A stretch of 64,000 bases of DNA, taken from Chlamydiota bacterium. GTDB taxonomy: Bacteria > Chlamydiota > Chlamydiia > Chlamydiales > JABDDJ01. Of this stretch, positions 9,227 through 21,800 are shown piece after piece. A program made the position numbers and the translations under genes. A model generated the notes under the pieces. The model ran no database searches, was not told where the DNA came from, and saw nothing but the letters and a program-made list of their open reading frames with translations. Location: assembly GCA_013287645.1 (NCBI GenBank), contig JABDDJ010000003.1, positions 509 to 64,508 on the forward strand, given 5' to 3'. The stretch's first letter is position 1; each line of letters starts with the position of its first letter.

Positions 9227-10411
9227 TCATAAATTACTCCGATTGCTTTTTTTCACAATTTCGAGAACGTCATTCGCAATTTTTCTTCCAAGGATCTCGT
9301 TACCTAGTTCATCAATATGGAAATAATCGATATAAAATGGGCGTTGGTATCCGGAGAGAATTTCTGAGAGATCGTGAAAATCGTTTTCTTTGATATTGGA
9401 GATAAGTTTTCTGAGTTGTACGAAGATTGATTTTCCATGAAAATATGATTCGCCTACAGATGCGATATGGCTTTCATAAGGCGTATAATCGTCTTTTGTG
9501 AGAATAATTGGTTGCCAATAGAATAGGGTCTTAAATCCGTAAAACTTGGAAATAGACCGAATTATGTTTAGATTTTGTAGGTATATTTGATAAATATCCG
9601 TTGCTATTTTTTGTTGTTGATTTTCATCTAAATTTTTGGTTTCGTTTGGTTCATTTTTTCTTAAAATCTTGGAAATATAGTAATATACAGGGGAGTAAGC
9701 CGCGTAAGAGGTCGCTATCCTTTGTAAAACACTCAATTTTTCTTGGTGAAATGCTGTTTTCCTGTCTAATTCCCCCCAAGATACCCCGGCTTGACCTACT
9801 TGACCGGCTCGTAGCGCACTAAATATTTCATTAAGGCCATCGTAAAAGATAACTAAATCTGGGATATTGTTGTTTTGAATTTCCATCATAAAACGGATAA
9901 GTTCTTGAGTACTGACGTAACCAACCTCACCAAAATTTATAATTTCTGCATCTACTCCATATTCATTAAATAAAATTTTGTTGATTATCGAAGGGATTGT
10001 GAAATCGTCGCGCGCACCCCATCCCCACATAGTACTTCCACCAAAGACGAATATTTTAAATTTTTGAGTTTTTCCTATCCTATTTGGACTCCAAGTTTTC
10101 CTAATCGATCGTTCATCAATATTAAGGTACTTACCTTTATACGCGTGTGTGCTCCAATATACATAAGGTTTCCATGAAATATTTGGTATTGCTTCAAGAC
10201 ACTCTTTAACATAACCCTCATACCAATTCGTTTCTAAATAACTTTCTGGGGTAGGTGCACCCTCCAGTAGAGAAAGAGGCTCTTCGTTCTGACTCTCAAA
10301 AATGTGAAAATGTTTAAATGGATATAATACAGCCTCGGTTATGAGGAGCATTCCGATTGCAATGGCTAATGAGTTCCATCCGTGTTGTAAATTTAAGAAA
10401 ATATTCTTCAA
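9227..10411 (-). CDS. Membrane-anchored SGNH/GDSL-type hydrolase (esterase/acyl-hydrolase)
   Basis: N-terminal TM segment (WNSLAIAIGMLLITEAVLY). Block I FVFGGSTMWG, block III FYDGLNE and block V DYFHIDELGNE fit the SGNH pattern. Confidence 0.55.
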   Translation of the reverse strand: MKNIFLNLQHGWNSLAIAIGMLLITEAVLYPFKHFHIFESQNEEPLSLLEGAPTPESYLETNWYEGYVKECLEAIPNISWKPYVYWSTHAYKGKYLNIDERSIRKTWSPNRIGKTQKFKIFVFGGSTMWGWGARDDFTIPSIINKILFNEYGVDAEIINFGEVGYVSTQELIRFMMEIQNNNIPDLVIFYDGLNEIFSALRAGQVGQAGVSWGELDRKTAFHQEKLSVLQRIATSYAAYSPVYYYISKILRKNEPNETKNLDENQQQKIATDIYQIYLQNLNIIRSISKFYGFKTLFYWQPIILTKDDYTPYESHIASVGESYFHGKSIFVQLRKLISNIKENDFHDLSEILSGYQRPFYIDYFHIDELGNEILGRKIANDVLEIVKKSNRSNL

Positions 10412-10469
10412 ATGGCACCTATTTTCAAATTCGTATTTATCAGCTAATTATGAAAAATGTTTTTACTTT

Positions 10470-11939
10470 TTAATAAAACACAAACAGTATTAATTTAATT
10501 GCGAATTTGTCATGAATAATGTTCGGGTCTACATTTTCAATGTCTTTTCTACCGTCTCTATAAATAATTTCTTCAACAGGTGTAATAGACAAATCCTTTA
10601 GTTTATCGCCCGTAAGTGTCACGGCCATGTTCAAAGGAAATGGATAAAGTTGAATCCATGGTAGTCCTTGTTTAGTGAAGTCTTCTGCAATTGGAAAATG
10701 GCAATAGTCTGGCGGGATTTTAGATCTATTTACGATGACAACAGTTGCATCTGCCGGAATATTGAGCGATTCTTCATTGCATAGAAAATTGCTAAATCCG
10801 CCGTCTTTTTTGGTAAGTTCCAATATTCTTACGGCTCCTGGCTGATAGTCTAGACTGAATGTGTCTTTTAATGATTTGATTAACTCAACTGAATTTTGAG
10901 ATAGTCTTTCGTAAACTTCCACATTTTGCATATCTGGCAATCGACGGACAACACTAAGTTGTGAATCAGGTTGAAGATTTATCTCCTTAAATAAAAGACC
11001 GTTTGGATAAGTTCGAGTTTGCTGGTTTTCAGCATTGAACGTAATTTGTGGGTAGTTGACATCAAGATGTTGACATTTGTTTGCAAACTCATCCATTTCC
11101 TGTTTTGTAACTAATCCTCTTATCGAAATACTTACGCGTTTTCCTTTCGCAGATCCCGGTGTTAAATCGCCTAATCTATCTATAGGTGCTATCGGACAAT
11201 GCGGGGGTAATGTATTTGCTCCTGGGTATTCAGGTGCTATATTTGGTCCAAGATAGATTGCAGGCTCGGTATATACAGTACATGCTATTTGGGTATCAAA
11301 TATTGGGAAAATAAAGCGATCTCCTGTCTCTTCATCTTGAAGTATTGTTCCTGTAAATGTTCCTTTTGCCATTTCCCAATCAACCAATGTTAAATCTTGG
11401 ACAAGAATATACTCTGGAATAGGAAGTGTATGTTCTTTTAAAAATTTGTATTGAGTGACAAATTGATCTTGATGAAACCTATTAGCATCAAAATTTATTA
11501 TCAAGCTGAGGTCTTTGGATAGTCCGTAAAAGTGGACTTTCCAATGGTTTTCTATCATGCGTTTCACATGTTGAGCATGATTTTCAAATACTGCCATCCC
11601 CTTCGTATCTGCATAGATTGGTTGATTATTTTCATCATAACCGATTGGATCTGTCATTATTGTGCATATCGGTGTTACTTCGTTAATAGGGAAATCAAGC
11701 TCAGCTGTTACAATGCCATGCTGCATATTTTCTTGAATGTCTATCATGAAATTTTTTGCCATTTCATGTTTTTCGGGAGTCATGTAAAAAAACAAACGGT
11801 TTTTTCCAAACTGGGCGGTTGCTATCTCAGAACTCCCTAATCGTCCAGGTACGGGCAAAGTTTCGGCGGAAGATAAAGCATAATTAAATATAAACAGAAA
11901 TAACACAAATGTTGTTATGTTTTTCATTTTAATCACCAT
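10470..11939 (-). CDS. Secreted protein of unknown family, paralog 1 of 3
   Basis: Signal-like N-terminus. Blocks shared with ORFs 11949..13418 and 35849..37261: LPVPGRLG, FFYMTPEK, QDLTLVDWEMAKGTFTGT..QD..GDRF, GSAKGKRVSISIRGLV, KKDGGFSNF, QGLPWIQLY, ITPVEE. Confidence 0.7.
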   Translation of the reverse strand: MVIKMKNITTFVLFLFIFNYALSSAETLPVPGRLGSSEIATAQFGKNRLFFYMTPEKHEMAKNFMIDIQENMQHGIVTAELDFPINEVTPICTIMTDPIGYDENNQPIYADTKGMAVFENHAQHVKRMIENHWKVHFYGLSKDLSLIINFDANRFHQDQFVTQYKFLKEHTLPIPEYILVQDLTLVDWEMAKGTFTGTILQDEETGDRFIFPIFDTQIACTVYTEPAIYLGPNIAPEYPGANTLPPHCPIAPIDRLGDLTPGSAKGKRVSISIRGLVTKQEMDEFANKCQHLDVNYPQITFNAENQQTRTYPNGLLFKEINLQPDSQLSVVRRLPDMQNVEVYERLSQNSVELIKSLKDTFSLDYQPGAVRILELTKKDGGFSNFLCNEESLNIPADATVVIVNRSKIPPDYCHFPIAEDFTKQGLPWIQLYPFPLNMAVTLTGDKLKDLSITPVEEIIYRDGRKDIENVDPNIIHDKFAIKLILFVFY

Positions 11940-11948
11940 AAAAAATAG

Positions 11949-13418
11949 TTAATTTATAACAAATAAAATCAATTCGCAAACTAATTTCTCTGTAAGAACG
12001 GAATCGTATGCATTTTCTTCATCGATTTGCGCATTTCTGAAGAATAACTCTTCTAGTGGTGTCATTGAAAGTTGTCTGAAAACTCTTCCAGATACGATCA
12101 TTGCTTGATGAGGGGAGAAATTAAAAAGTTGTATCCACGGTAACCCTTGATCGGTCCATATTTTCGAAATCGTATAGTATTTATAATTTTCTGGAAGCTT
12201 AGATTTATTCAATATGACGACTGTTGAATTTTCCGGAATCTCTAAATCTAACTTAGAAAATCGACTGAAGCCTCCGTCTCTTTTAATTAGATGGAATATT
12301 TTGACGTTAGACCCTCGCACACCTAAATTTTTTTTTAGATAGGAAATTGTGGTTGAAAAATCTTGAGGAGACGACTCTAAAATTGTTAGATTTTCTTGAT
12401 CAGGCAATTTGTGTTGAAGGGAATTATTCTCGTTGGCTAATTTTTGGGAGATATCTTGTATTTTAATTGTGTCAGGATATTCAAAAAGTCTTAAATTATC
12501 CTTCTCAATTGTTATTGTGGGGCGGTTGATTGGAAGAAAGGTCGCATTCTTCGCTGCTAAAATGATCTCTTCTTCTTGTACAACTCCTCGAGTGCTAGTG
12601 CTGATTCTTTTGCCTTTCCAAGATCCCACTGTTGTACTTCCATCAAAGTCTGTAGGAGCCACGGAACTATGGTATGGAAAACTAATGCGTCCTGGATATA
12701 CGATTACAGAGTTTTTGTCTTTAGAAACGCAAGGTTCTGTGTAAACTGTGCCAACGATTTCTCCAGGAAAAACAGCCATTATGAAACGGTCGCCATCAGA
12801 ACCATCTTGAACCAATGTCCCTGCAAAAGTTCCTTTTGCCATTTGCCAATCCATAAGAGTTAAATCTTGAAATAAATAATACGTCTTAACTGGCGGAGGA
12901 AGCGAGCTTAGGTATTGATATTGGTCGGAGAACGAATCACGATGAATTTTTAGCGCATCGTAGTTAGGATTAAAGTTAAGATGACCTGATAATCCCTCCA
13001 TTTTTGTACCTAATACGCTATACACAATTTCAGCAACTTTACTTCTATATGTTGAGAACAAGTTGTGACCTTCAGAATCAGGATAGATGTTGTTACCATC
13101 CTTATCTTCTCCAATAGGGTCGGGATATTTTTCATTCCAAGCAAGAATTTCGATAACAGGACAGGGTGCTGAAGCATTTCCAAATGAAAGGATAGTTTTT
13201 TCATTGATGTCCCGGATTAGTTGTCGAGCTAACATGTCTTTCTCAGGTGTCATGTAAAAAAAAATGTAAGTTTTTCCAAAACGGGTGAAATAGACACTAT
13301 TGTTGCCAATACGCCCAGGGAGAGGTGTGTGTTGTTCCAAGATGGAGTAGGATTGTAATTTGTGGGGGGCACTTACAATCAACAATAAGAAAATCGTGGT
13401 AAAGATACGTGATATCAA
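11949..13418 (-). CDS. Secreted protein of unknown family, paralog 2 of 3
   Basis: Same block order: PLPGRIG, FFYMTPEK, QDLTLMDWQMAKGTFAGT, GSWKGKRISTSTRGVV, KRDGGFSRF, QGLPWIQLF, MTPLEE. It lies 9 nt upstream of paralog 1 on the same strand. Confidence 0.7.
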   Translation of the reverse strand: MISRIFTTIFLLLIVSAPHKLQSYSILEQHTPLPGRIGNNSVYFTRFGKTYIFFYMTPEKDMLARQLIRDINEKTILSFGNASAPCPVIEILAWNEKYPDPIGEDKDGNNIYPDSEGHNLFSTYRSKVAEIVYSVLGTKMEGLSGHLNFNPNYDALKIHRDSFSDQYQYLSSLPPPVKTYYLFQDLTLMDWQMAKGTFAGTLVQDGSDGDRFIMAVFPGEIVGTVYTEPCVSKDKNSVIVYPGRISFPYHSSVAPTDFDGSTTVGSWKGKRISTSTRGVVQEEEIILAAKNATFLPINRPTITIEKDNLRLFEYPDTIKIQDISQKLANENNSLQHKLPDQENLTILESSPQDFSTTISYLKKNLGVRGSNVKIFHLIKRDGGFSRFSKLDLEIPENSTVVILNKSKLPENYKYYTISKIWTDQGLPWIQLFNFSPHQAMIVSGRVFRQLSMTPLEELFFRNAQIDEENAYDSVLTEKLVCELILFVIN

Positions 13419-13741
13419 GATGGTTCCTCCCTAAAGTTTAGTGTGACATTTCAAGTCCTGAAGCTATTTCAACCCGTTTGTTTCTCATCAGAGGTCTAAT
13501 GGAAAAACTGGATTCCAAAAAAACCGTAGCAAAAAATTGAAATTAGTGGTAGCTTTTTTTTAGTTTTAACCTTGGCTTGGTGCTTAATGAGCCTTTAAAT
13601 TTGACTGTTGTGTTCATGGGTCATCGATTGGCCTTTTTAACAACGGTTGACTGGAAAAATAAATTTTGCATTCGAAAACTATTAAGGGAAAACATGTTAG
13701 ATAACGATCGATACTTTTCAGCAGGTTAGGAGTTTTATTTT

Positions 13742-15817
13742 ATGGAAGCAGTAGCAGTGATTGGGCTTGCTGGTTCATTTCCAGCTTCTTCGTCGATTGA
13801 AGAGTTTTGGGCCAATTTATGTAAAGGAAAGGAGCTTATTTCTTTTTTAGACGTTCAAGAATTGTTACAGGAGGGGTTGGACCCGAAAATTCTAAACAAT
13901 CCTCAATATGTTAGAGCTAAAGCTATTTTGCCAGAAGCAGATTGTTTTGATGCTTCATTTTTTGGATACAGTGCCCGTGAAGCTGCATACATCGATCCGC
14001 AGCAAAGAGTCCTTCTTGAGTGTGCTTGGAGTGCTTTGGAACATTCTGGTTATGATCCTGAGCAGTACAAGGGCTTGATAGGAGTGTTTGCTGGGTGCAG
14101 TTTTAGCAGCTATTTCTGCTACAATTTGTTGCCACATTTGAATGGTGCTGAGAATTTGATGCAAGACGAAATGTTAATGGTTATGGGGACTGAAAAGGAT
14201 TTTCTAGCGACGCGCATTTCTTATAAACTCAATCTGACAGGACCGAGTAAGTGCATTCAGACTGCTTGTTCGTCTTCTTTGGTTGCAGTACACGATGCTT
14301 GTCAAAGTCTGCTCAATTATGAGTGTGATATAGCCTTAGCAGGCGGGGTCTCGATTACTTCCCCCCTCCGACATGGATATCTATACACAAAAGAAGGTAT
14401 TAATTCACCGGATGGACATTGTCGAGCTTTCGACCATCGTGCGGCAGGTACTGTCATGGGTAATGGTACAGGGATTGTGGTTTTAAAGAGATTAAATGAA
14501 GCTTTGGCTGATCGGGACACAATTCATGCTTTAATTCGCGGGTCTGCCATAAATAACGATGGGGCAAGGAAAGTTGGATATACTGCACCTAGTATTGAAG
14601 GACAAGCACAAGTTATTATTGCTGCTCAAGCAGCCGCAGAGGCGACTCCTGAAGACATTACTTATATAGAAGCTCATGGGACAGGAACAATTCTTGGGGA
14701 TCCAGTTGAAATCAATGCGCTGACTCGTGCGTTTCGAGAAAAAACGAATGCAAAACAGTTTTGTAAAATCGGTTCTGTGAAAACGAACATTGGTCATTTG
14801 GATGCTGCAGCCGGGATTGCAGGCTTGATTAAAACCATTCTTACTGTACAGCATCGCGTTGTTCCACCCTCGTTGCACTTTGAAAAACCTAATGAGTCCA
14901 TCGCATTTTCTGAATCTCCATTTATCGTAAATGATAAATTAACATCCATGGATAGCAAGAATGGAGTAAATTTGGCCGGTGTAAGCTCGTTTGGTATCGG
15001 AGGTACTAATGCTCATGTCATTGTTGAGAATGCTCCTCAACATAAGGTACACCCTTCAAAACGGCATTTTCATCTTTTTCCATTTTCTGGAACAAATGTT
15101 TTTTCGCTTAGAAAGGTTCTCCAGCGGTTTCTCGAGCATTTTGCTTTGCAGAATTTTTCATTAGCTGACGTTGCTTACACCTTGCAAGTAGGTAGAAAAA
15201 GATTAGAATACCGCGTCTGTTTTATCAGTGATAATAAGGAAACACTGATAAATCAAATCAATCAATACCTTACCCATGGTCTTACGAATTTAGAACTCAT
15301 AGACGTTTCTGTTCAAGGTGACGAGCTCGACAAACTCAGAAAAATGGGAAGAGATTGGTTGAGCGGCTTGGATTGTTTGTGGAAGTCTTATTATTCTGAT
15401 GAGAGCAGAAGCCGTATACCACTCCCCACCTATCCATTTGAAAGGGTACGCCATTGGATACTTCCAAAATCATGTGCTTCAGTAGACAGTAAAGAAGCTC
15501 AGGAATCAAAAAGTGATTTATTAATTAATTTAGGCTCTGCCTCAAAATCAATACAATCCGAGGTCGTTGATATTTGGAAAAAAAGTTTGAATGTTGCACA
15601 TATCGATATTCAGGATGATTTTTTTGCTTTAGGTGGTGACTCTCTTTTAGCATTGGAAATTCTGGATGAGCTGAGAAAAAGGTTTGCGGTGGATTTAACA
15701 CTAAGTCAAATACTAGAAAAAAGAACTGTAGAACAATTAGCAAATGTCGTTGAAGAAATTATAATAAAAAATATTTCTTCATTGTCAGAAGAAGAAGCTA
15801 CTTCACTCATAAATTAA
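13742..15817 (+). CDS. Stand-alone PKS module: ketosynthase, short linker, carrier protein (no AT)
   Basis: KS Cys-His-His: IQTACSSSLV (Cys codon 14267-14269), EAHGTGT, NIGHLDAAAG. The post-linker motif PLPTYPFERVRHW (~15417-15455) comes only about 130 aa after the KS, too short for an AT domain. Carrier motif FFALGGDSLLALE (Ser codon 15641-15643). Confidence 0.85.
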   Translation: MEAVAVIGLAGSFPASSSIEEFWANLCKGKELISFLDVQELLQEGLDPKILNNPQYVRAKAILPEADCFDASFFGYSAREAAYIDPQQRVLLECAWSALEHSGYDPEQYKGLIGVFAGCSFSSYFCYNLLPHLNGAENLMQDEMLMVMGTEKDFLATRISYKLNLTGPSKCIQTACSSSLVAVHDACQSLLNYECDIALAGGVSITSPLRHGYLYTKEGINSPDGHCRAFDHRAAGTVMGNGTGIVVLKRLNEALADRDTIHALIRGSAINNDGARKVGYTAPSIEGQAQVIIAAQAAAEATPEDITYIEAHGTGTILGDPVEINALTRAFREKTNAKQFCKIGSVKTNIGHLDAAAGIAGLIKTILTVQHRVVPPSLHFEKPNESIAFSESPFIVNDKLTSMDSKNGVNLAGVSSFGIGGTNAHVIVENAPQHKVHPSKRHFHLFPFSGTNVFSLRKVLQRFLEHFALQNFSLADVAYTLQVGRKRLEYRVCFISDNKETLINQINQYLTHGLTNLELIDVSVQGDELDKLRKMGRDWLSGLDCLWKSYYSDESRSRIPLPTYPFERVRHWILPKSCASVDSKEAQESKSDLLINLGSASKSIQSEVVDIWKKSLNVAHIDIQDDFFALGGDSLLALEILDELRKRFAVDLTLSQILEKRTVEQLANVVEEIIIKNISSLSEEEATSLIN

Positions 15818-15834
15818 ACATTTTTAGGTAATGT

Positions 15835-18800
15835 ATGTCACAATTAGACAATTTGACCGAATCCCATAAAAAATTATTCGAACAGATGCTTTCTAGGAAG
15901 ATAGAACAAAAAAATAGAATGTTCCAACAGGATGTTCCATTTGTCACTGTCTTACCTAAGCAAAAATATTATGCAGCATCTACTATTCAAAAGCGAATGT
16001 TTTACTTACAAGAATTGGACAAGCATTCAACGGCATACAATTTACCCGTTGCATTTTCCATAGGTGGTGATCTTTGTGTCCAAAGCCTGAGAAATGCATT
16101 TCATAACCTTTTAAAAAGGCATGAAAGTTTAAGAACAGGGATCTATTTTCACGAAGGCGAAGTTGTCCAGGCTGTTTACGATGATGTCAATTTCGAGATA
16201 GAATTTGTTCAAGATTCTAACGTAGATATCAAAAATACATTTGAGAGTTTTATCAGGCCATTCGATTTGGATAAACCTCCATTAATCAGAGTAAAATTAA
16301 TCAAAATAAGTGATCAAAACCATTTATTGTTTTTAGACATGCATCATGCAATTTCTGATGGGAAGTCAATGAGTCTTTTACTAAAAGAACTTGCAAGTCT
16401 TTACGAAGGTCACACTTTGAACGTTTTACCTATTCAGTATAAAGAGTATGCTGACTGGAATGCTCGTTTTCTAAATACACCTATATCTCGCATAAATTAC
16501 GAATATTGGAAGTCGCAGTTTTCAGAGGAAATTCCTCAAATTGCTTTTCCGAGTGATATTATGAGCCAAAATGCTCTCGCATATCAGGGATCTCAACATT
16601 ATTTTTCTATGGATGTGTCCTTGTCAGAACAAATAAAGGCTGCCGCAGTTAAGGAAGGGGTTACTTTACATACCTTTTTGTTGGGAATCTATTATGTGTT
16701 GCTGGGAAAATATACTCAGCAGGAAGATATTATAGTGGGTTCCTCGGGTGAAGGGAGACCTTTTCCCGAGTTTCAACAAGTCATTGGTGCGTTTGTTACG
16801 GCTTTACCACTAAGATGTAAACCTAATGGAATAAAATCATTTAAGAACTTTTTGGAAGAAGTTCAGTCATGCATTGTAAGGGCTTCTGACCATCAATATT
16901 TTTCGTTAGAGGAATTAGTCCAATTTCTTAAAAAAGAACAGTATATTCAAGACAATAATCTTTATGATGTATGGTTTGAATTGCACTATGATCGATCGAT
17001 TCTCAAGAAATTTTCAAATTTAACTATAGAACCTTTACAAGTCACTCATCACGCTTCAAAATTTAAGCTATCGTTAGAAATCGTTGACCGAGAACAATCG
17101 CTAAATTGTCATTTTGAATATAGTTCTGCGATCTTCCAAGAAAGGACAATCGTTCGTATGGCAAAACAATTCGAACGAATAGCAGCACAAGTTGTAGGTA
17201 CTCCTAACATATTGATTGGAGATCTTGATTTTATTCCAGATGAAGAGAAGGATTATCTTGTTAGGGAATTGAATATTCCGGCCGTTCCTTTTGCAGCGCC
17301 AACACTGTCATTTTGTGAAATTTTCAATCAGCAAGTTAGTTTGCGCGTTGATGCAGTTGCTGCCACATGTAATGGTGTACATTTAACATATAAAGAACTA
17401 GACAACGCCAGTACGCATTTAGCTAATCACTTTGCTGCCCTTCGTCGGCCAGAAGAACAGTATATTACCTTCCTTATGGAAAGAGGGTTACCATTATTGA
17501 TCGGACTAATAGCGACCTTGAAAGCACAAATGATTTATACCCCAATAGATCCGGGAGCACCGGTCGATCGGATTTTGAATCTTATTGATGATGCTGCTCC
17601 TGTTTTAGTAATCACTGACAATAGTGCTGAGTGGATCGAAAAATTTTTGCCGGGAAAAAATAATGTTCGAAATTTTTACGAGATATTTGGATCTCCTGCT
17701 TCATCTGCCCCCCAAGAACCGCTATTTTCTTCTGATCATCTTGCATATATGATCTTCACTTCGGGTTCCACAGGGAAACCAAAAGGAGCAATGGTAGAAC
17801 ATAAAGGCATGATGAACCATCTTTTTTGTAAGATCCATGAGCTGGAATTGAACGAAAATGATGTTGTTGCTCAAACGTCTTCACAAACGTTTGACGTGTC
17901 TGTTTTTCAATTGCTGATTGCCTTGTTAGTAGGAGCTAAGGTTACAATTTTTTCTCATGAAAAGGCTTGGGATCCAGAACTTCTTTTGAACGCATTGGAA
18001 GACGAAAAAGTGACGGTTTTCGAAACTGTACCATCTCACATGTACCTGATCATGGAGGAACTTGAACATAGCCTTGTTTTAAACAGTCTTAAAGAGGGTG
18101 AAGCTGATCCATATGATAAATTTTTCAAAGGAAAACCCCTTGCCTTCTGTCATTTTCGTTGGCTGATCCTGAATGGTGAGCCTCTACTTGGACCACTATG
18201 TGAGAGATGGCAACGCATTTACCCTCACGTTCCTATTATTAACGCCTATGGTCCTACAGAATGTTCAGATGATGTCATTCACTATCATGTGCCATTGGCA
18301 TTATCACCACTTCCTCCTCGTATTCCAATCGGGACTGTCATATCGAATATGAAGATTTATTTTCTCGACAATTACATGTCTTTGGTGACTTTAGGTGGTT
18401 ATGGAGAAGTTTATATTGAAGGAATTGGTGTCGGGCGTGGGTATATCAATGATCCAGAAAAAACAGCAAATGCATTTCGTCCTTCTCCGTTTTCTTCTAA
18501 AAATGAACCTGGCAAGCGAGCTTATTATACTGGAGATCTTGCTCGTTATCTGCCAAGTGGGGACATCGATTTTCTGGGAAGAAGGGACAGTCAGGTTAAA
18601 ATTAGAGGGCAACGCATTGAGTTAGGAGAGATAGAAGTAACTCTAAATCGATCCGATATGGTTTTACAAGGGGTGGTTGAAGTTAAAAAAGATAATCAGA
18701 ATGAGCTTCAGCTGGTTGCTTATATTGTTAAAAAAGATATAAATATTCCTGACAATGAATGTATCGAACGGCTCAATCAGTATTTAATCCAGTATTTATC

Positions 18801-21800
18801 AAGGCATATGGTTCCTAACCTCTTTGTAGTACTTCCTGAAATGCCTCTTCTGTCAAATGGGAAGGTAAATAGGAAAGCGCTGCCTCCGCCGAATTTTGTT
18901 GTATCTGAAAATGAATATCTTCCGCCCCGAACTGCTACAGAGATTGAATTGGCAACGATTTGGTGTGATCTTTTAAAACTTTCAAAAATTAGCCGTTCTG
19001 ATCATTTTTTTCGTTTGGGGGGGCATTCTTTGCTTGCAACACAACTGAGTGCGCGGGTTTCGAGGACTTTTGACATCAAATTCCCGCTTAAAAACCTGTT
19101 TTCTTATCCGACTCTTGAATCTCTAGCGAATGAAATAGATAAATTAAAGCAAAAAAAACAAGCAGTGGTTTCAAAAGAACAATTACCCTCGATCGTATCG
19201 GATATTGAAAGCCGTTATGAAGAGTTTCCTCTCACGGATATTCAACAAGCTTATTGGTTAGGAAGAAAAGGGTTGTTTGCTTTAGGCAATGTCAGTGTTC
19301 ACATGTATTGCGAATATGAATGCGACAATCTGGATATCAATCGCTTAGAACAATCATGGAACCAAATGATTCAACGCCATGAAGCGTTGAGACTAGTTTT
19401 TACTCCGGGTGGAAATCAAAGGATTTTAAAAGAGGTTCCTTATTATTCAATCCATGTTGAAGATTTTTCAAATCGAACCGAAAAAGAGTGTGAAACTGAG
19501 TTCAATAGATTACGACAACTGCACTCTCATGAAGTGTTTTCATCCGAAACATGGCCGCTTTTTTTGATCAAAGCCGTCAAGCTTAAAGACAACAAAACTC
19601 GATTATATTTAAGTTTTGATGCGTTGCTTCTAGACGGGTGGAGTGTAGATATTATCTTCGGCGAGTGGGTACAGCTATATAAAAATGAACAAACAAAATT
19701 CGAGCTTCTTGAGCTTTCGTTTAGGGATTATATTCTTTCTTTGAATAAATGCCGCATGCACCCTTTATTTGTAGAACATCGGGACTATTGGTTAAGCAGA
19801 TTAGAAAATTTCCCGAATAAACCAGAATTACCTCTATTGAAATCTTCACAAGAGATTAAAAATCAAAAATTTGATCGAGTTAGCAGCATTTTGTCCAAAC
19901 AACAATGGCAGTTGATTCAAGATCAGCTATTAGCTAAACATTTTTCTCCGACAGGTTTTCTTGCGGCTATTTTTGCTGAAGTGCTTAGTCGATATGCTAA
20001 TAGCAGCCATTTTGCAATCAATTTGACTTTGTTCGATAGAATTCCTTTGCATTCTCAGATCAATCAAATTGCTGGGGATTTCACTTCTTTAAATTTACTA
20101 GAAATTGATTATAGAAAAAAGGGGTCAACGTTTGCAGATCGAGCTAAAAGAGTGCAAGAACAGCTATGGCAAGATTTAGATCATCATTTCTTTAGTGGCG
20201 TAGAATTTTCTCGAGAACTTGCAAAAAAACGATCCAAGCAAGGGGATGAGCCATTATTTCCAGTCGTATTTACATCGGTTTTAGGACTAGATAACAAATT
20301 CAATGATGATGTTCTAGAGATGTTGGGTAAAGAGGTTTTTAGCATTACTCAAACCCCTCAAGTTTGGTTAGACTATAAGGCGTATGAGGTAGATGGTAAT
20401 TTGATTTTGGAGTGGGATTATGTTGAGGAATTGTTTGCTCCTGGCTTTATTCAAGAGATGCATGAAGCCTATGTTGCTATTCTTAAAAAACTGGTGAATC
20501 AACCATCCGCATGGAACGTGCAAGAATTTCAAGATTTGATTTCTTCAAAACAAGAAGAGCGATTTTCAAACTACAACAATACCCATGATATAGCTCCTCC
20601 GGCTTTGCTACACGGGTTATTTTACGATCAAGTTAAACTCAATCCAAAACAGTTAGCAATCATTGGACCTACGGATTCTTATACCTATGAAGAACTATAC
20701 AGATCTTCAAATCAGTTAGGACATTTTCTTAGATTCAAGGGTGCAAAGCCAAATCAGTTGATTGCTGTAATTATGGAAAAGGGGAGTAGGCAGGTTGTAG
20801 GTTGCTTGGGGATTCTAAATTCAGGTGCCGCATATCTTCCTATAGACCTGTCTCTCCCAACTAAGCGGATTGAACAGATTTTGTCTATAGGTGACGTTTC
20901 TTTAATTGTGACAGAACAAAATGCGGTCGATAAGTTGAAATCAATTGGATACGTTAATCAACTACCAGCCGATCGTATTATCTCTTTAGATGATCAAAAC
21001 GCTCAATATAGGCACTATTCAGATCAGAAGCTCGATAACATTCAAAAAACTGACGACTTGGCTTACGTCATTTTTACTTCGGGTTCCACAGGAATTCCGA
21101 AAGGGGTCATGATAGAGCATGGTGCGGTATCTAATACTATTTTAGATTTAAATAAACGATATCAAATTCGATCATCAGATCGGGTATTAGCTTTATCAAG
21201 TCTGACGTTTGATTTGTCAGTTTACGATATTTTTGGAATGTTAGCTGCAGGAGGTTCGATTGTTTTTCCTGAGTCTTCTTTAATAAAGGACCCGAATCAT
21301 TGGTTAGAACTTCTCACTACTCATGAGGTTACTGTTTGGAATACTGTTCCTATGTTTATGCAGATGTTAACGACTGTGCAACAAAAAACGACAGAACGGG
21401 ATATTAATATAAGGCTTCGCTTGATATTACTTAGCGGAGACTGGATTCCAATTGACCTCCCTAACCAAATTATTCAATTTTTTGGAAAAAAGGATTGTCA
21501 AATCGTTTCTCTAGGCGGTGCAACAGAAGCTTCAATTTGGTCAATTTATTATGACATCAAGCGCGACGAATACTTTAAAAAAAGCATTCCATATGGACGA
21601 CCTTTGACGAATCAACAGTTTTATGTTCTTGGTGAAGGTCTTGAACATTGTCCAGAATGGGTTGTTGGAGATTTATATATCGGAGGTATTGGCCTTGCAA
21701 GAGGGTATTGGTCGGATCCAGAAAAAACCGCTACCAGTTTTACTATTCATCCAAGATTTGGTCGCATATATAAAACAGGAGATTTAGGGAGGCTATTACC

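Noticed and set aside
9154-9393. 79-aa plus-strand ORF overlapping the 3' end of the SGNH hydrolase gene
   Set aside because: It is antisense to a well-supported CDS and shows no recognisable features.
11532-13204. Several 64-103 aa ORFs antisense or out of frame within the two secreted paralog genes
   Set aside because: Their Cys/His/Phe-rich translations are typical of the reverse frames of AT-rich genes. The long minus-strand ORFs are supported by three-way paralog conservation.
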